Assembly: GCA_963817895.1 (NCBI GenBank)
Contig: CAWFQB010000004.1
Span: forward strand, 1 to 64,000
Reading direction: 5' to 3'
DNA length: 64,000 nt
Source of the DNA: an uncultured Chthonomonadaceae bacterium
GTDB lineage: Bacteria > Armatimonadota > Chthonomonadetes > Chthonomonadales > Chthonomonadaceae
Shown: positions 22,512 through 33,745 of the stretch, piece after piece
Numbering within the stretch: position 1 is the first letter of the stretch
Layout of the letters: each line of letters begins with the position of its first letter
Notes under the pieces: model-generated
Databases searched by the model: none
What the model was told of the DNA's origin: nothing
What the model saw: the letters and a program-made list of their open reading frames with translations, nothing else
Program-made: the position numbers and the translations under genes

Positions 22512-23023
22512 CTCGTGGCGACTTCTTCGTCGGTTTCTTTATTCCTGTCAATCAGTTTCAAGATTACTTCTTCAACTTCTTCGCCGCGCGCATTCGCAAA
22601 CGCTTTGTCATAGCCTGAAATCGTGAACCCGGCTTTTTCCAACAACCGAAGTGAGGCGAGATTATCGGCGGCGGCACGGGCATAAAGGGGACGCGCTTGT
22701 ACTTCCGCTAAAAACTGACGCAACGAATGGGTGGCAATGCCTCTGCCCCAGTATTCTTTCCCAAGCCAATAGCACACTTCGAGTTCACCGAACTGTACAA
22801 AACTGGCGATATACCCTGCGACGTATCCTTCAAACAGGATGGTCTTCACGGTACCACTCGTGTTACTCAGGATTTTTGCCCAATGTGCTGTGAACGCGCT
22901 CCTGTCTGCGGGGTCTTTGACCGTAAATGCCGCCATGAAGTTCGCATCCTCATCTAATTGCTGCTCAAAGAATATGGGCAGGTCGTCTGCCATAACATCG
23001 CGCAATATTACGTCAGTTTTCAT
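22508..23023 (-). CDS. GNAT acetyltransferase
   Basis: YWGRGIAT, NLASLRLLEKAGF. Confidence 0.88.
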   Translation of the reverse strand: MKTDVILRDVMADDLPIFFEQQLDEDANFMAAFTVKDPADRSAFTAHWAKILSNTSGTVKTILFEGYVAGYIASFVQFGELEVCYWLGKEYWGRGIATHSLRQFLAEVQARPLYARAAADNLASLRLLEKAGFTISGYDKAFANARGEEVEEVILKLIDRNKETDEEVATR

Positions 23024-23132
23024 CAGGCTCTCTCCAAGTTCGCGGTCGGGACAGCAAGGCAAGAGGCGTTCGGGCCGAACTGCTTACAAGGTTGATTTGC
23101 CCGCTCCAAGAATGCCTGCGGCGTCTTTAGTG

Positions 23133-23696
23133 TCAGGAGCGTATCCGTTGCTCTTGCAGCGTCTCCGGCTCTTGGGTAGTAACATAGCGGGAAACATCTT
23201 GTTGTTCCTGTGCAGGTTCGTTGCTGACGTGTACCAGACTGTCAGACGTGGGTACCTGCACTGTATTCGCATGGCCTGATGAGGCGCGCAGCAATTGCTC
23301 GGCAGGTGTCTCCTCGTTTGAGACGGCAGGGCGCAATAGGACATTCTGCTGCTCCGAAACGGGTTCCTCAGAAGCGCGTACCAGTCTGTCCTCATCGGGC
23401 AAGTCGGCTATGTTGACGTGGGAGAGGGGAACGACCTGCTCCATCTGCGCGGCGCGTTTCCTTTTTGCCTGCCCGAACCGGATGAAGCGAAGCGCCATCA
23501 CGGTACAGAACAGGGAGGCCAATAATCCAAATATGCCGAAGCCTGAGAAGGGCAGGGAAACCGCCAGAAACACACATACCGCGACCGTAATGTAGGTGGC
23601 AAGGGTAGATATACTCAGGAGTGTTCGGCTCGTTTGTACGGAAATATACTCTCCCTGGCTTACAATGCGCTTCCCTGTTTTTGGTGGCTGGTTCAT
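23133..23696 (-). CDS. Stand-alone diverged member of the MEPKTGK...LVRA membrane protein family
   Basis: KTGKRIVSQGEY start, 2 TM segments, LVRAS..LLRPA..EQLLRA tail. Confidence 0.75.
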   Translation of the reverse strand: MNQPPKTGKRIVSQGEYISVQTSRTLLSISTLATYITVAVCVFLAVSLPFSGFGIFGLLASLFCTVMALRFIRFGQAKRKRAAQMEQVVPLSHVNIADLPDEDRLVRASEEPVSEQQNVLLRPAVSNEETPAEQLLRASSGHANTVQVPTSDSLVHVSNEPAQEQQDVSRYVTTQEPETLQEQRIRS

Positions 23697-23899
23697 GGCA
23701 TCCCTTTCGTTTCACGGGGCGCTGAATGTTTCACTAATCATGGCGCGTTGTAACCTGTCTCTATATGTGAGTTTCCCGTGTTTTGCTATGGTAACGAGTT
23801 GGAATCAGTACATTGCGGCAGCATTTCAAGTGACATCAGGCTGGTGCATCAGGATTTGCATGAGGCGACTGCTCTCACTTCCACGCGAATGGCAGCAAA

Positions 23900-24709
23900 T
23901 CATTTTGAAGCGAGTGCTTCACACCACGCCTGTGCAAACAAGCCATCTTCGTCCTGGCTCCATTGCCGCAGTGCCTCAGCCATCTGTCGTAAGGCTGCTT
24001 CTGTTGCCCAGCCTTTTTCCACAGCCTTATCCACTTCACGCGAGTTTTCGATCCGCAGAGCCAGGTACTCGCCAATGAGTTCCAATGGCTTGTAACACTG
24101 ATAAGATGCCGAGAATTCGATGCTTGTAAAGCCGCTTTGTCGCAGCAGCGCTTTGAACTTTCGTCCAACATAGACATCGCCGCCATTCTCCGTTTGCAGG
24201 CGTTTGTAGTACGTGAGCGCATCGTCAATCTCCTCTGACTGCGACACGACAAGGTTGCCGCCCCAATCGGGACTGCGGAGCGCAATCAAGCCTCCGGGTT
24301 TCAGGACACGATACAGTTCGCGTAAGGCTGCCACTGGCTGCCGCAGATGCTCGAAAACCGCGTGAGCAAAGGCGACATCAAAGGTGTTGTCGGCAAAGGG
24401 TAACTCGTACAGGGACGCTTCTTGAAACTGTATGTTGGTTCGGCCCTGTTGCTCCGCCTGCTGTCGCGCTTGTTCCAGTTGCGATGCTTCCTGATCAATT
24501 CCGACGACCTCACCCGGCGCGACCAGCACTGCCAACCCCAGAGTAATGGTGCCGGGGCCACAACCACAGTCCAGCAACCGCAAGCCGGAGCGCAGGTAAG
24601 GCAATAGAAACGCCGCATGGCTCTGCGGGGTTCGTTGCGCCATGAACTGACTGGCGTTGGCGCTGTAACCTGGCGTGTAGTGTTCCTCTCGAACCACATC
24701 CTTTTGCAT
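23900..24709 (-). CDS. Class I SAM methyltransferase
   Basis: LLDCGCGPG, LPFADNTFD, RVLKPGG. Confidence 0.9.
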   Translation of the reverse strand: MQKDVVREEHYTPGYSANASQFMAQRTPQSHAAFLLPYLRSGLRLLDCGCGPGTITLGLAVLVAPGEVVGIDQEASQLEQARQQAEQQGRTNIQFQEASLYELPFADNTFDVAFAHAVFEHLRQPVAALRELYRVLKPGGLIALRSPDWGGNLVVSQSEEIDDALTYYKRLQTENGGDVYVGRKFKALLRQSGFTSIEFSASYQCYKPLELIGEYLALRIENSREVDKAVEKGWATEAALRQMAEALRQWSQDEDGLFAQAWCEALASK

Positions 24710-24782
24710 CCTTCGACCTCTCCTTCATTCCATGAGCCGCATCCATTGTTCCGCATCCGTTTACTCTCCTGATGTTCTCTCA

Positions 24783-26228
24783 TCAGGTCAGCGAGTGGGC
24801 AAGTTGTCCCAACGAGTGCAGCGCGTCCGCCGTTTGTGGCGACCAGTAAGCAGCGTTCAGACGCAGACAGTTCTGGTAACGGTTCTGCGCCGTGAAGATC
24901 GGCCCCGGCGCAAGGGACATGCCCGCTTGCAGCGCCAATTCGTACAACCGGATAGCATCTACCGAAGGCGGACACTCTACCCACAGCACAAATGCGCCCT
25001 GCGGACGCGAGACGCGCGTTCCCGGTGGGAAACAATGTCCGACCGCCTGCCCCATCTCTGCCACACGCTGCGCGTACTCCCGCCGTACTCTTCGCAAATG
25101 ATGGTCATAGCCTCCATTGGCAAGAAACTCCGCGACTGCATACTGCATGGGCGTGGCGGTAGCGACGGTGCTGGCGAGTTTCAGACGCTCCACTTCGTCC
25201 TGGAACCGACCTGCCGCAATCCAGCCAATGCGATGTCCCGGTGAAAGCGTTTTGCTGAAGGAGGAGCAAAGCAGCACCAATCCTTTGCGGTCATAGGCTT
25301 TCGCCACGTCAGGCCGTTCCTGCCCAAAGTAGAGTTCGCCATAGATGTCGTCCTCGATCAGCGGAATGTCGTGACGAGCCAGCAGAGCCACCAGTTCACG
25401 CTTCTTTTCATTTGGCATTTTGCTGCCGAGGGGATTACTGAAGTTGGATTGCAGCAGGCAGGCGCGAACAGGATGATCTCGAAGGGCGTCCTGCAAGGGC
25501 GCAAGGCAGATGCCTTCGCGCGGGTCGGTCGGCAGTTCCAGACGCGCGCAACCCCAACGTCTCCATCAGTTGAAGAATGTTGAAGTAGGTGGGGGATTCA
25601 ACAACAACCGTATCGCCTGGACGACAGGTGGCGCGCAGGGCCAGGGTAAGCGCCTCCTGACAGCCGGAGGTAATCACGATCTGCTCCGGCGTGAGCGCAC
25701 AGCCTGCCGTCAACATACGCCGCGCGATCTGCGTTCGCAGCGGCAGACAGCCGGGGGACACGCAATAGCGGGTCAGGATTTCGCCTTCCCGCCGCGCGAC
25801 GGTCATGTAAGCGCGATGCAATTTCTCCACAGGCAAGAGCGCGCCATTGGGGATGGCTGCGCCGAAAGGAACCAGAGCAGGGTTTTCGGCATCGCGCAGC
25901 AGCCTGTCGCGTGAGTTGGCTCAGACTGACATGGCTGGGAGTGGAGGCAGGCTGCGAGCGTGTCGGCTCTCCCGGCAAGGTAGTGGCTGTAAGCGCAGAC
26001 ATAATGCCCCGATTGAGGACGCACCTCGACACGCCCTTGATCTTCCAGCAGGCGATAGGCTTCCATGACCGTGGAGACGCTCACCTGCATCTGGCGACAG
26101 AGTTGGCGCACTGAGGGCAGGCGGTCGCCTACCTGAAACGTGCCTGCCTCAATCATGGCGGTCAGTTGCGCGGCAACTTCCTCATACAAGGTATGCGGGG
26201 ATGCCGTTGTGCTTCTCTGTTCTCGCAT
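24783..26228 (-). CDS. MocR/GntR PLP-dependent regulator (frameshifted)
   Basis: GDRLPSVR HTH; VESPTY; IEDDIY; SFSKTL. Confidence 0.88.
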
Positions 26229-26269
26229 GGTTCTCCAATAACAACTATTGTACGCCTACTTGCGTCTAT

Positions 26270-26361
26270 TTGAACAGAGGCAATCTCTCCCAACTGGAAG
26301 CAGAACAGTTAGAACCAACTGAACTGTATCGGAAGCAAATAAGGCAATTGCCTCTGTTCAA
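26270..26361. promoter_or_regulatory. 15-bp inverted repeats in divergent MocR/PhzF intergenic region
   Basis: TTGAACAGAGGCAAT (26270) ... ATTGCCTCTGTTCAA (26347). Confidence 0.55.
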
Positions 26362-26442
26362 GTCCTGCGTCTCTGCTCTACAATGAAAGCACGGATCAGG
26401 GGCTTTTGTTTCCTTTTTACCGGGTTTAGGAGCGCATGAATT

Positions 26443-27254
26443 ATGAAGAAGCAATCTATCATTTACGTGGACGCTTTCACCAATGGTGCTTTCGGGGGCA
26501 ATCCTGCCGCCGTCTGTGTTTTGAGCGCAATCGTGTTCTGACACTTGGATGCGGCATCTCGCACAGGAGACGAACCTACCCGCAACTGTGTTCGTGTGGC
26601 CCCATGAAGAAGGTTACTCCATCCGGTGGTTCACGCCCTCTGCAAGAACTGCCCCTGTGTGGTCATGGCACACTGGCGGCAGCGCACACGCTCTGGACAG
26701 AAGGGCATGTTTCCGTTGAACAGGCGCTTACCTTGCATTATCGAGAGGGATACTGGCAGCGAACGCAATGGCGACTGGATTAGCATGGACTTTCCCGCCA
26801 TTCACAACACGCCTGCCGCTTCGCCAACGGAGTTGCTGCAAGGCTTGGGCGTCGAAGCGCGCTATGTGGGCAAGAGTTCACACAGTTACCTGGTAGAAGT
26901 GGACGTCGGAAGCCGCAGGTGCGCGCCCTTACGCCCGACATATCCTTGCTGGCGCAACTTGACCTTGCCAAAGTAATTGTGACCGGTCGCGCCACGAGTG
27001 AGGGCTTTGACTTCATCTCTCGCTTCTTTGCACCCTCGCTTGGGATTGCCGAAGATGCCGTGACCGGCTCGGCACATTGCTGTCTTGCTCCGTATTGGGC
27101 CGCTCGTCTGGGCAAGACCGACATGGTAGGTTATCAGGCTTCAGCGCGCGGAGGTATTGTGAGAGTAAGCGTGAAGGCGACCGCGTGATGTTTAGGCGGG
27201 CAGGCAGTCACAGTTTTACGCGCTGAACTGTCCGAAGCAGCGTATCAGGAGTAA
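26443..27254 (+). CDS. PhzF-family isomerase (several frameshifts)
   Basis: VDAFT..GNPAAV, LCGHGTLA, SRFFAP..EDAVTGSAH. Confidence 0.8.
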
Positions 27255-27279
27255 ATCAATCTTTGAAGGGGAGGCAACA

Positions 27280-27865
27280 ATGGACGCGCAGATCAAGCAA
27301 GTGCTGGCGGAGTTGGAAGTCTGGGGACGTGAGAACGACGAAAGTACAGACGAACGCAGCAAGAAGATGCTCAACTTGGAACCAGACACGGCTCAACTGC
27401 TCAGTGTCCTGATCCAGAGCAGCCAGCGTAAGCATCTCCTGGAGATCGGCACATCCAATGGCTACAGCACCATCTGGCTGGCGTATGCCGCGCGTCAAAC
27501 GGGAGGAAAGGTGATCAGTGTGGAATACAACCCGGACAAAGTAGCGCTGGCAGACGCCAACCTGCGGCGTGTCGGATTGCGAGAGCAGGTGGAACTGCGG
27601 CAGGGAGACGCGACACAGATCGTGGCGGAAGTGCCCGGCCCCTTTGACTTTGTGTTTCTGGATGCCGACCGCCTGACCTATCCGGCTTTGTTCGATTTGC
27701 TCCTGCCAAAACTCTCGCAGGGCGCGCTCGTTCTTGCGGACAATGTACATTCGCATCCCCAGGAGATCGCAGGCTACCTGACGGTTCTGGCGGCTCATCC
27801 TGAATTCGAGCATGTTGTCGTGGGAGTAGGCAAAGGCTTGAGCATTGCCTATAAACGTCAAATAG
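27280..27865 (+). CDS. O-methyltransferase (true stop probably lost by an indel)
   Basis: LEIGTSNGYSTIWLA, FDFVFLDAD, LVLADN. Confidence 0.85.
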
Positions 27866-27900
27866 TCATATGCAAACAAAGGAATCCTACATTGTCCACG

Positions 27901-28984
27901 ATGCCTAAACTCACCCTTCACAGCCTCAAAGTCCGTGCGGTCAATGTTCCCTTGTCGCCTCCCCTCGAAACAGCCGGTGGGACGATCAACTCGGCTCCGC
28001 TTGTCCTTGTTGACCTCCTGACAAACGAGGGTATAACGGGGCGCAGTTACCTGTTCTGCTACACGCCGCTTGCGCTCACTCCTCTGGCGCACCTTGTCGC
28101 CAATCTTGAACCTGTTCTCAAGGGCAGTATCGGTTACGCCGTTCTCGATAGAGCGTACTTTGCAGCAGCGTTTCCGGCTCCTGGGCGCGCAGGGCTTAAC
28201 GGGTATGGCAATGGCAGGCATGGACATGGCGGCATGGGACGCACTGGCAAAAGCCGCCAACCTTCCGCTTGTACGCTATGTTCGGCGGCGAGGCGCGTCC
28301 CGTGCCCGCTTATTGCAGCCTGCGGGCTATGAAGATGGAAAGCGTTATTGCAGAAGCGCAGGCAGCAGTTGAGGCAGGATTTCGAGCGATAAAAGTTCGA
28401 TTAGGACATGCAGAGGCACAAGCCGATGTTGCTGTCATGCAGGCCGTTCGTCAAGCGGTTGGGGAAGACGTACAGATCATGGTGGACTACAACCAGTGTC
28501 TTTCCGTTCCCGAAGCCGTTCGCCGGGCCGGTATGTTGAAGGAGTTTGATCTTACCTGGATTGAGGAACCCACGCGCGCCGAAGACTTTGCAGGCCATGC
28601 TCAGATACGGCATGAGGCTGCAACCCCCATTCAGATCGGAGAGAACTGGTGGGGAACTGCGGATATGGCAAAAAGCCTCTCCGCAGGAGCCTCCGATTAT
28701 GTGATGCTCGACGTGATGAAGATCGGTGGCGTGTCGGGATGGATGCGTGGCGCGCCCAGGCGGAAGCAACAGGACTGCTGGTGTCAAGCCATTTGTTTAT
28801 AGAAATCAGCCCGCATCTGCTTGCCGTCACGCCCACCGCGCACTGGCTGGAATACCTTGACCTTGCAGGCCCGCTTCTCAGTCGTCCCATGCAGGTAGAG
28901 AATGGCTTTGTCGTTGCTGGTTCCGAACCAGGAGCAGGAGTAGACTGGAATGAAGAGGCTGTTGAGCGGTATCTTGTGACATGA
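27901..28984 (+). CDS. Mandelate racemase/enolase superfamily enzyme (frameshifted)
   Basis: DMAAWDA, KVRLG, MVDYNQ, WIEEP, GENWW, SSHLF, HWLE. Confidence 0.85.
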
Positions 28985-29002
28985 CCATAAGGAGCAGAAA
29001 AC

Positions 29003-29470
29003 ATGAAAACAGATGTGAAAAGGCGTTTGTCGTTGATGTTGATCGTGCTGCTAAGTTTCGCAGTGTTCATATCGTCTGAACGGTTTACGCCTCATCCTGT
29101 GAGTGCTCAGGCGCAAGTGACGCAACCCATGTTACAGAAGATGGTTGCCCGCATCTGGCATGGCAGAGTACGCACCGAAAAGGCAGACGAGTACAACGCC
29201 TACCTGCAAAAAGAAGGGATTGAGAAGATCGAAGCCATTCCCGGAAATCTGGGCGCGCAGGTGTTGCGTCGCACGGAGGGGAAGGTGACAGAGTTCACGG
29301 TGATCTCCTACTGGCCCTCACGCGAGGCTATTCACGCCTTTGCCGGAGCCGACATCGAGAAGACGCATAATCTGCCCAGAGACAAGGAGTTCCTGCTCGA
29401 AATGGAACCGAAGGTGAAGCACTTCGATGTCGTACATGACAGCCGCAAGCCTGTCGCCGAGAAACCCTGA
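29003..29470 (+). CDS. Exported ABM-like (dimeric alpha/beta barrel) protein
   Basis: Signal-like N-term; VARIWHGR, PGNLG, WPSREAIHAFAG. Confidence 0.7.
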   Translation: MKTDVKRRLSLMLIVLLSFAVFISSERFTPHPVSAQAQVTQPMLQKMVARIWHGRVRTEKADEYNAYLQKEGIEKIEAIPGNLGAQVLRRTEGKVTEFTVISYWPSREAIHAFAGADIEKTHNLPRDKEFLLEMEPKVKHFDVVHDSRKPVAEKP

Positions 29471-29604
29471 CGTTCTGTGGCTGTCCACCTGTGTTTCTGG
29501 AAGGCAGCGGATTGCATCATGGCGAACTGTCTTGCCGCCCATCAGAAAGGTATTTTCTAATGGGCGGCAGAGATCAAAACACCGCACGAAAGGAGCGACT
29601 ATCT

Positions 29605-30078
29605 ATGAAAGAAGGAAACCATGCGCCGCGTGTTGCGTTCAGCGAGGCCAATCCGAAAGCCTATCCTGCCATGAAGGAGTTGAGCGGCTATGTCGAACAC
29701 AGCAGCATTGAGGCCAGTCTGCGGGAACTGATCAAGGTGCGCGCTTCGCAGATCAACGGCTGCGCGTTCTGCCTTGAAATGCACACGCGGCAGGCCCGTG
29801 AGCAAGGTGAAACCGAACAACGGCTCTACCTTCTGAGCGCCTGGCGAGACGCGCCTTATTATAATGAAGCGGAACGCGCCGCATTAGAACTCACCGAAGC
29901 CGTAACTCTCATATCCGAGCAGGGCGTGTCGGATGAACTCTACGAGCGCGTTCGCCAGCACTTCACCGCCGAGCAGTATGTTGACCTGCTGATGACGATC
30001 AATGTCATCAATGCCTGGAACCGCCTCATGGTGGCAATGGGCCACATGCCGCCGCAACGCAGCCCGCGTGAACAGTAA
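29605..30078 (+). CDS. CMD/AhpD family protein
   Basis: RASQINGCAFCLEMH, INAWNR. Confidence 0.9.
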   Translation: MKEGNHAPRVAFSEANPKAYPAMKELSGYVEHSSIEASLRELIKVRASQINGCAFCLEMHTRQAREQGETEQRLYLLSAWRDAPYYNEAERAALELTEAVTLISEQGVSDELYERVRQHFTAEQYVDLLMTINVINAWNRLMVAMGHMPPQRSPREQ

Positions 30079-30107
30079 CAGGTGACAGTCAGGAGGATAC
30101 GATAATC

Positions 30108-30947
30108 ATGCACTCACAGCAGGAGAAAGCGCAAACGTTTCGGGCGCTACATACTGGGGCACATATATTGGTTTTGCCTAATGCCTGGGATGTCGTCAGC
30201 GCCCGCATCTTTGAGAAGGCTGGGTTTACCGCTGTTGCCACAACAAGCGCGGGGGTTGCCAATTCACTTGGCTACTCGGACGGACAATATGCGCCACGAG
30301 ACGAGGTGTTGTTTGTTGTGCACCGCATTGCTCAATCCGTGCAGGTTCCGGTGACGGCAGACATTGAAGCCGGGTACGGCGTGAACTCTGTTGAGGAAGT
30401 GCTGACAACCGTGCGAGGCGTTCTGGAAGCGGGCGCGGTGGGCATTAACCTGGAAGATTCCGATGGCGACGTGAACGGAACGCTGGTGGAAGTTGGTTTA
30501 CAGGTCGAGAAAATAAAGGCGATCCGCGAAGTGGTGGCCTCGGAAGGCGTTCCGCTCGTAATCAACGCCCGCACGGATGCTTTTCACCTCGCGCGCCTTG
30601 ATCGCGCCGATCAGTTCGCTCTTGCCGTGGAGCGGGCCAACGCCTACCGAGCGGCGGGCGCAGACTGCCTGTTCACGCCGTTTGTGACCGATGCCAGCGC
30701 CATAGCCGCGCTCGTGAGGGAACTGGATGGCCCCCTTAATATTCTGGCTGTGCCGGGAACTCCTTCCGTTGCCGAACTGGAACAAATGGGTGTGAAACGT
30801 GTCAGTGTGGGAGCCGGGCCATTCCGGGCAACGCTGGCACTGGTTCAACGTATCGCCCGCGAACTGCACGAGCAAGGAACCTACCGCGCCTTTCTGGATG
30901 ATGCAATGCCCTACGCCGACGCAAACGCTCTCTTTACACGAATGTAG
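30108..30947 (+). CDS. Isocitrate lyase/PEP mutase family protein
   Basis: PNAWD..SA, ADIEAGY, GINLED, INARTD. Confidence 0.9.
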   Translation: MHSQQEKAQTFRALHTGAHILVLPNAWDVVSARIFEKAGFTAVATTSAGVANSLGYSDGQYAPRDEVLFVVHRIAQSVQVPVTADIEAGYGVNSVEEVLTTVRGVLEAGAVGINLEDSDGDVNGTLVEVGLQVEKIKAIREVVASEGVPLVINARTDAFHLARLDRADQFALAVERANAYRAAGADCLFTPFVTDASAIAALVRELDGPLNILAVPGTPSVAELEQMGVKRVSVGAGPFRATLALVQRIARELHEQGTYRAFLDDAMPYADANALFTRM

Positions 30948-30977
30948 CATCTGACGCAGGAATGTTTGGGAACGAAG

Positions 30978-31008
30978 TGCCAGGGCAGAAATATCTTCTG
31001 CCCTGGCA
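30978..31008. terminator. Palindrome, 13-bp arms
   Basis: TGCCAGGGCAGAA ATATC TTCTGCCCTGGCA. Confidence 0.55.
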
Positions 31009-31107
31009 TGTTTGTAAGCAAAACGATATTGCCAAGCGATAGAAACACAGTACGGTGGAGTCAAGAGAACAATCTTCGGCATCTATGCTAAATATGTGGG
31101 AGGTGTC

Positions 31108-31626
31108 ATGTTGAAGGTTTACATTCGTCCAGAAACAAAAATTGACCAGGACGCCATCCGAGAAGTAAATGAGCAGGCATTTGGCAGGCCGTTTGAAGCG
31201 AATGTAGTTGATAAGGTGCGGCAATCAGCAAACTTCGTGCCGGAACTCTCCCTTGTGGCAGAACGCGAGGGACAGATAATTGGACACATACTGTTCAGCG
31301 AACTGACCATTGTAGGCGAAAGCCAGGCATGGACAGTCTTGGCGCTTGGCCCCATTGCCGTCGTGCCGGAGTTCCAGAAGCAGGGTATCGGAGGACAGAT
31401 GATCCAAGCGGGGTTCGAGCGCGCCGCGATGTTGAGTTATGGAGTAGTCGTGCTGATCGGGCATCCAACCTACTATCCCCGCTTCGGCTTTGTACCAGGA
31501 AGTCAATTCGGCTTGAAGTGCGCGATTCCTGTTCCTGATGATGTCTTCATGGCGTATCTGTTGCGTCCCGATGGGTTGGACGGAATACAAGGAACGGTTG
31601 TATTTCCACCTGCTTTCGACGAGTAA
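31108..31626 (+). CDS. GNAT acetyltransferase (YhbS-like)
   Basis: LSLVAE, GHILFS, LGPIAV.P..QKQGIG, GHPTYYPRFGF. Confidence 0.9.
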   Translation: MLKVYIRPETKIDQDAIREVNEQAFGRPFEANVVDKVRQSANFVPELSLVAEREGQIIGHILFSELTIVGESQAWTVLALGPIAVVPEFQKQGIGGQMIQAGFERAAMLSYGVVVLIGHPTYYPRFGFVPGSQFGLKCAIPVPDDVFMAYLLRPDGLDGIQGTVVFPPAFDE

Positions 31627-31768
31627 AGTCTGCGACGGACATACATCGGGTCTGATGAAATTAGGTTTGTGAGATTGGGATTCACCACATGCTTCTCTAC
31701 AGCGGTTTAGAGAAAGTCTACTGCGGCGTTGCCGATAGGTCATGCTTCTTCTAAGATAATGACAAGGT

Positions 31769-32559
31769 TCAGTTCCTATGCGCCTCTGCCTTCACCAGTG
31801 TTGTCCGCCCTTCTGCGCCCAGTGGTGTTGCATCTCGATACCAGAAGTTCGCTTCGTCCCCGCGATAAGTTGCGGTTGGCTTGAGGGCTTTGACATGACC
31901 ATCTGTGAACAGGTAGTTTGTCAGGCCGAAATGCCCGGTAAATAGACAGTCAGCAAAGCAGTTGATATTATCCCCAAAAGGAGCATTGTCGGTGGCAACA
32001 TCCACGACAAAATCACCGAATGCCCAATGAGTGATCTCGGTGACAGCGATACATTCTGCTGGACGAGCGATGGCAGATGCCTTGACACCAGGAGACAGTT
32101 CACGCCCGAACACCCCGGAGCCAGTTATAAAACGAGCCGAGAACGGATTTAGCGGCAGCGGATAATCCCGCGGGTTCAGAGACATATTGGCAGCATAGGA
32201 GATCGGGTATTTTGGGTCTTGAGAAAGGGTGTGGTTATCCGGGTTGGCAGGGCACGTCATCACCTGTGTGTTGTGCAGGTAAGGGAAATTACCGAACGCC
32301 AGGAGTTTTTCTCCATATCTCCAGCGCTTTGGTTGCCAAGCGGCTCGAAGCGATAGTTAGGGTATGTCTCATCGAAATCCTGCAAGTAGAGCATCAGCGC
32401 AGCCCCGGTCTGTCGTTGATTGCTCACGCAGGTGGTTTGCCATGCCTTGCGGCGCGCATTGCTGAACACGGGAAACAACAAGGCTGCCAACACCGTAATA
32501 ACGGCAATGACGACGAGGAGTTCTATGAGCGTGAAACCAGAGCGGTAATAAATCTTCAT
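31769..32559 (-). CDS. Prepilin-type N-terminal / DUF1559 / H-X9-DG protein (frameshift ~32265)
   Basis: GFTLIELLVVIA, CVSNQRQ, YLQDFDETYP, H..NYLFTDGHVK. Confidence 0.85.
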
Positions 32560-32728
32560 CAGCCTGCTTTGTTATCAGAATATGCCTTCAAGGTGGTATT
32601 ATTGACGTGTTCCGAATCGGTTGGGTTTCCTTCTGATTACAGAGTTGAATATGGCCCTTATTCTCATCCCGTTCTTAGCCTCAACCACGGAGTAACAGAA
32701 GTAACAAACAGCAAGAGGAGCGGCGGGC

Positions 32729-32974
32729 ATGACAACGATAGCAAACCTTGTGCGGGATATGATCCATGAGAGTACCACCAACATACGAGGAGAGGGTGGC
32801 TCATTGATCCATAACAACTCGGAGCGTATGGAGGCTCTGTGGATGGAAGTGGACGCTCACCTCAAATTCGCCGATTTGTGTGAAGTGCTGGGTGATTACA
32901 ATCAGATGACGCACCACTTGGATACCATCTACAGGCTTTTGGCGAAGATTTCAAACGAACTACCAGATCAATGA
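32729..32974 (+). CDS. Hypothetical protein
   Basis: ORF with GAGGAG RBS, ends before palindrome. Confidence 0.45.
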   Translation: MTTIANLVRDMIHESTTNIRGEGGSLIHNNSERMEALWMEVDAHLKFADLCEVLGDYNQMTHHLDTIYRLLAKISNELPDQ

Positions 32975-33000
32975 ATTGTGTGCTGTTCTCTTGTGTTTGT

Positions 33001-33042
33001 AGAAGATGCTCTGGCAAAAATATTTTTGCCAGAGCATCTTCT
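33001..33042. terminator. Perfect 42-bp palindrome between convergent genes
   Basis: AGAAGATGCTCTGGCAAAAAT|ATTTTTGCCAGAGCATCTTCT. Confidence 0.65.
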
Positions 33043-33128
33043 GTTCTCATTGGTTAGGTCAAAAGAACGGAGCAGGCTACGAGATGCCACGCGCGATGCT
33101 TGTTTTGAAACGTTGCACTCTCATTGGT

Positions 33129-33683
33129 CTACAAGTCTCTCGGTGCTTCATTGGCATCGAAGGCAGGCACATTTGAAGCACCCGCAGGCATTTCGCGCAA
33201 CAAGCCTTCCAAGTCAAGGCGGCGCGTGTAGATTGTAAGGCTTCCATCTGCGTTGCGGGGCCATTGCTCCTTCGGACGATCCCAGTAGAGTTCCACGCCG
33301 TTTTCATCAGGATCGCGCAGGTACAATGCCTCACTCACGCCGTGATCGCTGGCTCCATCCAACGCTATGCCTGCATCTGTAAGGCGGCGCAGGGCATCGG
33401 CAAGAGCAGCGCGCGTGGGATAGAGGATGGCAAGATGGTAGAGGCCGGTTGTGCCGGGAGGCGGTGGCGATCCTCCGTCACTCTCCCAGGTGTTGAGGCC
33501 GATATGGTGATGATAGCCGCCTGCGCTGATGAAGGCGGCCTGTGTTCCATACCGCATCATCAGTTCAAAGCCAAGAACGCCGCAGTAAAAGGCCAGGGCG
33601 CGATCTATATTGGACACTTTGAGATGCACATGCCCGATGCGGACACCTGCATCAATGGGGTTGGAGAGGTTGTCACTTGTCAT
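33129..33683 (-). CDS. VOC/glyoxalase (CatE-like) protein
   Basis: IGHVHLKV, GGYHHHIGLNTW, DHGVSEALYLRDPD.NGVE. Confidence 0.9.
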   Translation of the reverse strand: MTSDNLSNPIDAGVRIGHVHLKVSNIDRALAFYCGVLGFELMMRYGTQAAFISAGGYHHHIGLNTWESDGGSPPPPGTTGLYHLAILYPTRAALADALRRLTDAGIALDGASDHGVSEALYLRDPDENGVELYWDRPKEQWPRNADGSLTIYTRRLDLEGLLREMPAGASNVPAFDANEAPRDL

Positions 33684-33745
33684 GGTTCCCTTTCGAGGCT
33701 TTTTTACTACAGGGCTTTGTTAAGAGTTTTCAGGGAAAGCGGCAT

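Noticed and set aside
27280..28332. Apparent O-methyltransferase-mandelate racemase fusion ORF
   Set aside because: Racemase has its own ATG at 27901; one fewer A near 27860 restores a stop, so likely an indel artefact
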